Source: an uncultured Candidatus Saccharibacteria bacterium
Lineage (GTDB): Bacteria; Patescibacteriota; Doudnabacteria; UBA920
NCBI GenBank assembly: GCA_964561085.1
Contig: CAZLNP010000001.1
Location: 147,201 to 211,200 of the forward strand
DNA: 64,000 bases
Reading direction: 5' to 3'
Shown here piece by piece: positions 58,584-64,000 of the stretch. Position 1 is the stretch's first letter. Every line of letters starts with the position of its first letter. The notes under the pieces are model-generated. The model was not told the origin of the DNA, made no database searches, and worked only from the letters and a program-made list of their open reading frames with translations. Made by a program: the position numbers and the translations under genes.

Positions 58584-58612
58584 ATCTTAGCACGCGATGA
58601 AGAGTTTGTCCA
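58584..58612 (-). promoter_or_regulatory. Promoter of the acidic microprotein gene
   Basis: TGGACA-17-TAAGAT with extended TG. Confidence 0.65.
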
Positions 58613-58688
58613 GCCCCAGAAAAAAAGATTTTTAGAATCATTTGCAAAAGAAAATGAAAATTTTTTGAAGAGCGTGAAAATTTTACTA

Positions 58689-59183
58689 CTACTTCTTCCA
58701 CACTGCGGCGCAAAGTGCGATTGCTAATGCATCTGCTGCGTCATCCGGCTTAGGAATACTTTTTAATTTGAAAGTTTGTTGTACCATTCGCTGAACTTGT
58801 TTTTTGTCAGCTTTCCCGTAACCACACAAAGTACTTTTTACTTGCAAAGGTGTGAATTCATAAATGGGTAGCTTGGCTTGATTGAGCGCTAGGAGCGCAA
58901 CACCTCTTGCTTGAGAGACGGTCATTACAGTCCGCTGATTATTTTGGAAGAAAAGTTTTTCAATTCCTGCACAATCTGGTTTATGTTTTTTTATAACCGC
59001 GCTTAGATCTTCAAAAAGAATTTGTAATCGCTGAGAATCAGAATCATCCTTACTTGTGCTAATGACTCCAAATTCTAAAATTTCATATTCCTGATGACTC
59101 TTGTTTTTTGACCCACCAGTAATTTTCCGAATAATTCCAAAACCTGTAGTGGCGGTTCCCGGGTCAATTCCTAAATAAATCAT
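58689..59183 (-). CDS. ruvC: Holliday junction resolvase RuvC
   Basis: LGIDPG, IEKLFF, QARGV, G.ADK.QV, PDDAADALA. Confidence 0.98.
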   Translation of the reverse strand: MIYLGIDPGTATTGFGIIRKITGGSKNKSHQEYEILEFGVISTSKDDSDSQRLQILFEDLSAVIKKHKPDCAGIEKLFFQNNQRTVMTVSQARGVALLALNQAKLPIYEFTPLQVKSTLCGYGKADKKQVQRMVQQTFKLKSIPKPDDAADALAIALCAAVWKK

Positions 59184-59190
59184 TTTGTTT

Positions 59191-59736
59191 CTAGCTAATA
59201 TTTGTAAACACTGCAGTTACGTCGTCGTCATCTTCAAGAGCGCTGTATAATTTCTCAGCTTTCTCTAAATCTTCATCGCTTAGCTCTAAAGGCATGGTGC
59301 TTTCCAGCTCGCCTGTCTCCTCATTTTTCTTAAACTGCCAAGCTACGCTACCTTGAGCTCCAAGATTGCCGTTATTGCGCATAAATACAGTCTTGATATT
59401 TTGCACAGTGCGGTTTTTACTGTCAGTTATGGCCTCAATTAGGAAAGCTGATCCCCCAGGCCCATATCCTTCGTAAACAGCCTCTTCGAGGGCTGCGCTA
59501 CCATCTTGGCCCAATCCCTTCTTAATAGCGCGTTCTATGTTGTCGTTCGGCATCGAAAGAGCGCGGGCTTTATCAATTTCTAGGCGAAGGCGGAAGTTTA
59601 AAGCAGGATCACCGCTATTGCCTTCTTTGACGGCTACGGAGATTTTCTTGGAAAGCTTGCCAAAAATAGCGCCTTTCTTAGCATCAGCAGCCCCTTTTTG
59701 ACGTTTAATTGTTGACCATTTTGAATGTCCAGACAT
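59191..59736 (-). CDS. yebC: YebC/PmpR family protein with internal deletion
   Basis: [30 protein letters not shown]. Confidence 0.96.
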   Translation of the reverse strand: MSGHSKWSTIKRQKGAADAKKGAIFGKLSKKISVAVKEGNSGDPALNFRLRLEIDKARALSMPNDNIERAIKKGLGQDGSAALEEAVYEGYGPGGSAFLIEAITDSKNRTVQNIKTVFMRNNGNLGAQGSVAWQFKKNEETGELESTMPLELSDEDLEKAEKLYSALEDDDDVTAVFTNIS

Positions 59737-59758
59737 TTACTCTATATATTAACTCTAA

Positions 59759-60427
59759 TTATTTCTTAAATGATAGTAAAAAGGTGATCTCCCCTTTTAT
59801 ACTTTGCTTGGTTTTTAGTTTCTCAAGAATCTCTGTTGGTGTGCCCGCAATGTATTCTTCATGCATCTTTGTTAGCTCACGGGCCACGACACAATTTACC
59901 TCGGGGAAATTCTTCTCTATATATTGTAAAGTTTTAACGATGCGTTGTGGGGACTCGTAAGTTATTAACGTTGCCTCTGCGACCTTGGCTTGATTAATAA
60001 GCTCGACAACTTTATGTTCAGTCTTTGCAAAGAATCCTGCGAACATGTATCTGTCGGTAGGTAGTCCTGATGCAGATAAAGCTGTGGTCGCTGCATTCGC
60101 TCCAGGTAGTGCAACTACTTCAATGTTAGACTCACGTGCCGCGCGGACCAAACGGAAACCGGGATCAGAAATTCCTGGAGTACCGGCATCGCTTACTAAG
60201 CAAGCAGTTTCTGTTGAAAGGCGCGCGATATACTTTTCTGTAACTAATCTTTCATTATGATCGGCAAATTGCACAATTGGTTTTTTGGGTAGACCAAGAA
60301 GTTTTATTAATTTTCCAGTAGTAAGAGGGTTCTCAGCAATAATAAAATCGCACGAGCTCAGTTGCTCCTGCGCGCGTGCTGTAATATCTCCTAAATTTCC
60401 TAATGGTGTTGGAACAATGTATAACAT
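59759..60427 (-). CDS. rsmI: 16S rRNA C1402 2'-O-methyltransferase
   Basis: LYIV.TPLGNL.DIT, LVSDAGTPGISDPG, YESP.R, RELTKMHEE, KGE. Confidence 0.96.
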   Translation of the reverse strand: MLYIVPTPLGNLGDITARAQEQLSSCDFIIAENPLTTGKLIKLLGLPKKPIVQFADHNERLVTEKYIARLSTETACLVSDAGTPGISDPGFRLVRAARESNIEVVALPGANAATTALSASGLPTDRYMFAGFFAKTEHKVVELINQAKVAEATLITYESPQRIVKTLQYIEKNFPEVNCVVARELTKMHEEYIAGTPTEILEKLKTKQSIKGEITFLLSFKK

Positions 60428-60448
60428 GAGTTTATGTAAAAGTTTCGA

Positions 60449-60745
60449 CTAGCGATCTTTCAATTCTAGACCAAATAGTTCTTCGATGATATCGTATTCG
60501 AGTTTCAACTTGTCGCGGTAATCAGAAAGCTCTTCTCTTTCATCCCCAGTTGCGTTAAACCATTCATCGTATGTAGCTTTTAATTCTTCATCTAGGGTTT
60601 GGCAAAAAGCGTAGGCTTCAGTTTCAGTTTGAGGAGAAGATTCCATCCAGTCTCCGTACGTAATCCCTAACTTGGATTCATACTTATCTTCAAAGATTTC
60701 TTGCTGCTTTTCTTTATCTATTTCTCTGGCCATTTCTTCGTCCAT
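60449..60745 (-). CDS. Acidic helical hypothetical protein (98 aa)
   Basis: Start MDEEMARE at 60745; the longer ORF overlaps the tRNA and is rejected. Confidence 0.7.
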   Translation of the reverse strand: MDEEMAREIDKEKQQEIFEDKYESKLGITYGDWMESSPQTETEAYAFCQTLDEELKATYDEWFNATGDEREELSDYRDKLKLEYDIIEELFGLELKDR

Positions 60746-60751
60746 ATTTTC

Positions 60752-60828
60752 TGGTGCGCGCGCATGGATTCGAACCATGGACCGCAAAGGTATAAGCTTT
60801 GTGCTCTAACCAGCTGAGCTACGCGCGC
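60752..60828 (-). tRNA. tRNA-Ile(UAU)
   Basis: GCGCGCG TA GCTC AGCTGGTTA GAGC A CAAAG CT-TAT-AC CTTTG CGGTC CATGG TTCGAAT CCATG CGCGCGC A CCA; perfect cloverleaf. Confidence 0.95.
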
Positions 60829-60850
60829 ATATTTATTCAATTACCTAGGT

Positions 60851-60920
60851 ATTATAGGCATTTTAGACAGCTAAGGCAATAACTGTTTGCCTTGACTAAA
60901 AGCCCTTTATAAGACATAAT
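60851..60920. promoter_or_regulatory. Back-to-back promoters for tRNA-Ile (-) and the NlpC/P60 gene (+)
   Basis: Minus: TTGCCT(60879-74)-17-TATAAT(60856-51). Plus: TTGACT(60892-97)-17-CATAAT(60915-20). Confidence 0.7.
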
Positions 60921-60952
60921 TATCGCTACACCAATTCAGGAGGAAAGAGAGG

Positions 60953-61555
60953 ATGATTTACGAAGCTGTCGGTAATCTTTGTGCCGTGAATTTCAAAGAA
61001 CTCCAACTGCCTATCAGCGACGAGCAAGCATTGGAGATTTTATTCAATCTAGGTTTTGAAACGCAAGACGTAGATATTATAGCCCTTGCGTATGGTTGCA
61101 TAGACCTTTCGCAATACAAGAGAGGGGCTACAATCGATATGGCTCCTGGAGTTGTTGACTGCTCAACGTTCACCAATTGGTTGTATTTCCAAAAAGGTGT
61201 AAAGCTCCCTCGTTATTCTATTGATCAGCGTGATCGTCTGAAAATAGTTGTTGGCGAAGAAGATCTACGACCTGGCGACCTTGTTTTTACAAGTGGACGC
61301 TTTAACTATTATTGGGATGATCCAAGTGATGGGGTTGGACATACTGGGATTTATACTGGCAATAATACAGTCATTCATGCTGCTGGTCCGGAGGTTGGAG
61401 TTATTGAAGACCCTTTCACTCCTTTTGCTAAAAACTTAAGAGGGATTAGAAGAGTGTTTGATGACTTCAATTCAGTTGTGACAATTAAGTCGCCCCCGAG
61501 CCGTGTGGTTGGGGATTCACAGGAATTTAGGTGGATCATCTTGCAACATTGTTGA
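60953..61555 (+). CDS. NlpC/P60 (C40) family peptidase
   Basis: DCSTF..W.Y, LPRYS..Q, L.PGDLVF, GHTGIY.G...IHA. Confidence 0.92.
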   Translation: MIYEAVGNLCAVNFKELQLPISDEQALEILFNLGFETQDVDIIALAYGCIDLSQYKRGATIDMAPGVVDCSTFTNWLYFQKGVKLPRYSIDQRDRLKIVVGEEDLRPGDLVFTSGRFNYYWDDPSDGVGHTGIYTGNNTVIHAAGPEVGVIEDPFTPFAKNLRGIRRVFDDFNSVVTIKSPPSRVVGDSQEFRWIILQHC

Positions 61556-61559
61556 GGAA

Positions 61560-61594
61560 CAAAAAAGCGCGCCATTCGTATCGGCACGCTTTTT
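61560..61594. terminator. Bidirectional terminator (NlpC / gyrA)
   Basis: AAAAAAGCGCGCC...GGCACGCTTTTT. Confidence 0.7.
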
Positions 61595-61605
61595 ATTTTA
61601 TCTTT

Positions 61606-64000
61606 CTACACTACAGTCGCACTGGCAACTGTATCACCATCTGCGAGTCTCATTACTTTAACGCCTTGAGTAGCACGTCCTAAAGTAGAAATAGTTTTTA
61701 TTGGAGTTTTAATTGTTTGTCCTTGCTTAGAAATAATCAGCAAGTCTTTCGTGTCAGCTTCTTCAGGAGAAATAATACTCATGGAAACAATCTTACCTGT
61801 CTTTGGAGTAATCTTCACTGTCTTGATTCCACTACCGCCACGCTTTTGAATCTTGTAATCCTTTACTGGGGTTTTCTTGCCTAGGCCATGTTCAGTAACC
61901 ACTAGAACGTCGCGGGCTTGGTCTTCCATGCTCTTAGTTATAACATCCATGGAAATTACATGGTCTTCCTTGCGCAAGCGGATTCCTGACACGCCAGCTG
62001 CGCTTCGGCCCATTGCGCGAACATCAGTTTCTTTAAAGCGGATTGCTTGGCCGTCTTCAGTAGAAAGCATGACTTCGTCGTTGCCTGAGCTTGGCTCAAC
62101 CCAGCGTAGTTCATCATCACCCTTAAGGCCAATAGCAATCATTCCAGATTTGCGAACTTTAGCAAATTCTTCTATCGCAACTTTCTTCACTAGACCACTG
62201 CGAGTAGACATTACTAAATACTTGGATTCACTCTTCTTTGGAAGTGCTAGTACAGCAGTAGCAAATTCACTGTTGCCAAGTTGTAAGAAGTTTACTAGAG
62301 CTTGGCCTTTGCTTGTTCTTGAGCTATCAGGCAAGTCATAAGCTTTAGTAACAAATACGCGGCCTTTGTTGGTGAAGAACATCATGTCGTCGTGAGTGCT
62401 AGCAGAAAGAACAGACTCGATAATATCTTCTTCTTTCAAGCTTTGACCTATTACTCCCCGACCACCACGAACTTGTGAGCGGTAAGTATCTGGAGATTGG
62501 CGTTTAATGTAGCCAGACTTTGTAATAGAAATAATTACACTGTTCTCTGGAATTAAGTCCTCAGCGTTAAACTGGCCAATTCCTTGAGGGACAATTTGTG
62601 TGCGGCGTTCATCGCCGAACTTGTCGCGGATATCTGTAACCTCACCTTTAATAATTGCAAGAATCTTTTTTACAGAACTTAGAATGCCTTCAAGCTCAGC
62701 AATCAATTTAAGTTTTTCAGCAAGTTCATCTTCAATCTTCTTTCGTTCCAAACCAGCAAGAGTTTGCAAGCGCATATCAAGAATGGCGTTAGTTTGAATT
62801 TCTGTAAGTTTGAATTTCTTGATTAACTTATCTTGTGCTTCATGACGATCTGCACTGCCGCGAATAATTTTGATAACTTCATCAATATGATCAAGCGCTG
62901 TTTTCAAACCTTCTAAAATATGAGCACGATCTTTTGCACGTTGTAATTCAAATGCGGTACGACGGCGAACAACTGTTTGTCTGTGTTTTAGGTAGTTTTC
63001 TAGAATCGTCTTCAAGTTCATGATCTGTGGCTGGATCCCTTCTTCCAAAGCCAAAGTATTCATGTGGAAAGTTTCTTGTAGTTGAGTGTAAGAAAATAGT
63101 TGGTTTAAGATTTTATTTGGAAGCGCTTCCTTCTTTAAATCTACTACCACGCGCACACCGTCTTTATCGCTTTCATCACGGACGTCTTTAATACCTTCCA
63201 GTTTTTTGTCGCGCACTAAGTCAGCAATTCTTTGTAACATAGTCGCTTTGTTAACCTGATAAGGAATTTCAGTAATTAAAATTCTGCTCGCACCAGTTTT
63301 AGTTTCTTCAATCTCGGTGCGACCACGCATAATGATGCTGCCTTTGCCTGTTGAGTAAGCAGCTTTAATTGCAGCGCGATCATAAATAATTCCACCGGTT
63401 GGGAAATCTGGTCCAGTAACTATGTCGGACAATTCGTCCATGCTTACATCTGGATTTTCGATTATGGCTATGATGGCATTAACAATTTCAGTCAGGTTGT
63501 GCGGAGGAATGTTAGTTGCCATTCCAACTGCGATTCCCAAGCTACCGTTTAGTAAAAGCTGAGGTAATTTAGCAGGAAGTACGCTTGGTTCTTTCTCTGT
63601 CGCATCGTAGTTATCGCGGAAGTCTACGGTGTCTTTATCTAAATCTTCAAGTAATTCCCCTGCTAGAGCGGACATCTTCGCTTCTGTGTAACGCATAGCA
63701 GCAGCGCCATCACCATCCATAGAACCAAAGTTTCCCTGACCAATAATTAATGGATAGCGCATAGCAAATTCCTGAGCCATGTGAACCATAGAATCATAAA
63801 CAGCGACATCGCCATGAGGATGATATTTACCTAGAACTTCACCGACAACCGTTGCTGACTTACGAGTTTTCCCTGAGTGACGAAGGCCAAGAGTTTGCAT
63901 CGCGTAAAGGATGCGACGGTGAACAGGTTTTAAACCATCACGAACATCTGGAAGAGCGCGACCAACAATAACTGTCATCGCGTAATCCAAGAACGATTCT
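61606..64000 (-). CDS. gyrA: DNA gyrase subunit A (5' end outside the window)
   Basis: [29 protein letters not shown], GyrA box QVRGGRG, C-terminal beta-pinwheel repeats. Confidence 0.98.
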   Translation of the reverse strand, partial: ESFLDYAMTVIVGRALPDVRDGLKPVHRRILYAMQTLGLRHSGKTRKSATVVGEVLGKYHPHGDVAVYDSMVHMAQEFAMRYPLIIGQGNFGSMDGDGAAAMRYTEAKMSALAGELLEDLDKDTVDFRDNYDATEKEPSVLPAKLPQLLLNGSLGIAVGMATNIPPHNLTEIVNAIIAIIENPDVSMDELSDIVTGPDFPTGGIIYDRAAIKAAYSTGKGSIIMRGRTEIEETKTGASRILITEIPYQVNKATMLQRIADLVRDKKLEGIKDVRDESDKDGVRVVVDLKKEALPNKILNQLFSYTQLQETFHMNTLALEEGIQPQIMNLKTILENYLKHRQTVVRRRTAFELQRAKDRAHILEGLKTALDHIDEVIKIIRGSADRHEAQDKLIKKFKLTEIQTNAILDMRLQTLAGLERKKIEDELAEKLKLIAELEGILSSVKKILAIIKGEVTDIRDKFGDERRTQIVPQGIGQFNAEDLIPENSVIISITKSGYIKRQSPDTYRSQVRGGRGVIGQSLKEEDIIESVLSASTHDDMMFFTNKGRVFVTKAYDLPDSSRTSKGQALVNFLQLGNSEFATAVLALPKKSESKYLVMSTRSGLVKKVAIEEFAKVRKSGMIAIGLKGDDELRWVEPSSGNDEVMLSTEDGQAIRFKETDVRAMGRSAAGVSGIRLRKEDHVISMDVITKSMEDQARDVLVVTEHGLGKKTPVKDYKIQKRGGSGIKTVKITPKTGKIVSMSIISPEEADTKDLLIISKQGQTIKTPIKTISTLGRATQGVKVMRLADGDTVASATVV

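Noticed and set aside
58361-58600. 79-aa plus-strand Ser/Val-rich ORF
   Set aside because: It begins inside a terminator and mirrors the minus-strand acidic ORF, which has the promoter, SD and codon bias.
60746-60787. N-terminal extension of the 60449 ORF
   Set aside because: It overlaps the tRNA-Ile T arm and acceptor stem.
43068-61555. Alternative genetic code (UGA = Gly/Trp)
   Set aside because: ruvB and the NlpC/P60 gene end at TGA at sensible positions, and long genes contain no in-frame TGA.
1-64000. CRISPR array, IS/transposase, integrase, prophage or rRNA
   Set aside because: No spaced direct repeats or mobile-element genes seen; the fibre gene and HTH lack any phage structural or integration neighbours.

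Overview
This 64-kb window is the replication-origin region of a small-genome, AT-rich bacterium. Gene content and style point to Patescibacteria/CPR (inference): shortened housekeeping proteins, giant fibre proteins, a TrmB regulator, a FemX-family ligase and tRNA-Ile(UAU). TGA is used as a stop, so the code is standard code 11. Core genes are rpoBC, ruvA/B/C, murE, tsaB/E, uvrB, rpsT, polA, a PilB/GspE ATPase, recF-dnaN-oriC-dnaA, rpmH-rnpA-yidD-yidC-jag, a class A PBP, tyrS, yebC, rsmI and a partial gyrA. The left 14.5 kb is a cell-surface cluster with a ~2260-aa tail-fibre-like protein and a WxL/DUF916-like module that resembles a donor-strand pilus without an usher. The most unusual items are outside the ORF track. 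(1) A 72-nt non-canonical tRNA-like RNA at 34239-34310 has alanine identity (G3-U70, A73), a tmRNA-like 13-nt D region and a structured 3' trailer that is antisense to its own anticodon arm. (2) A ~140-nt structured RNA after uvrB is bounded by a promoter and a terminator. (3) A stand-alone 40-aa hyperacidic microprotein gene lies between tyrS and ruvC. (4) A tRNA-Ile(UAU) directly abuts an acidic ORF. No CRISPR array, integrase or IS element was seen. All calls come from reading the sequence by eye; no searches were run.
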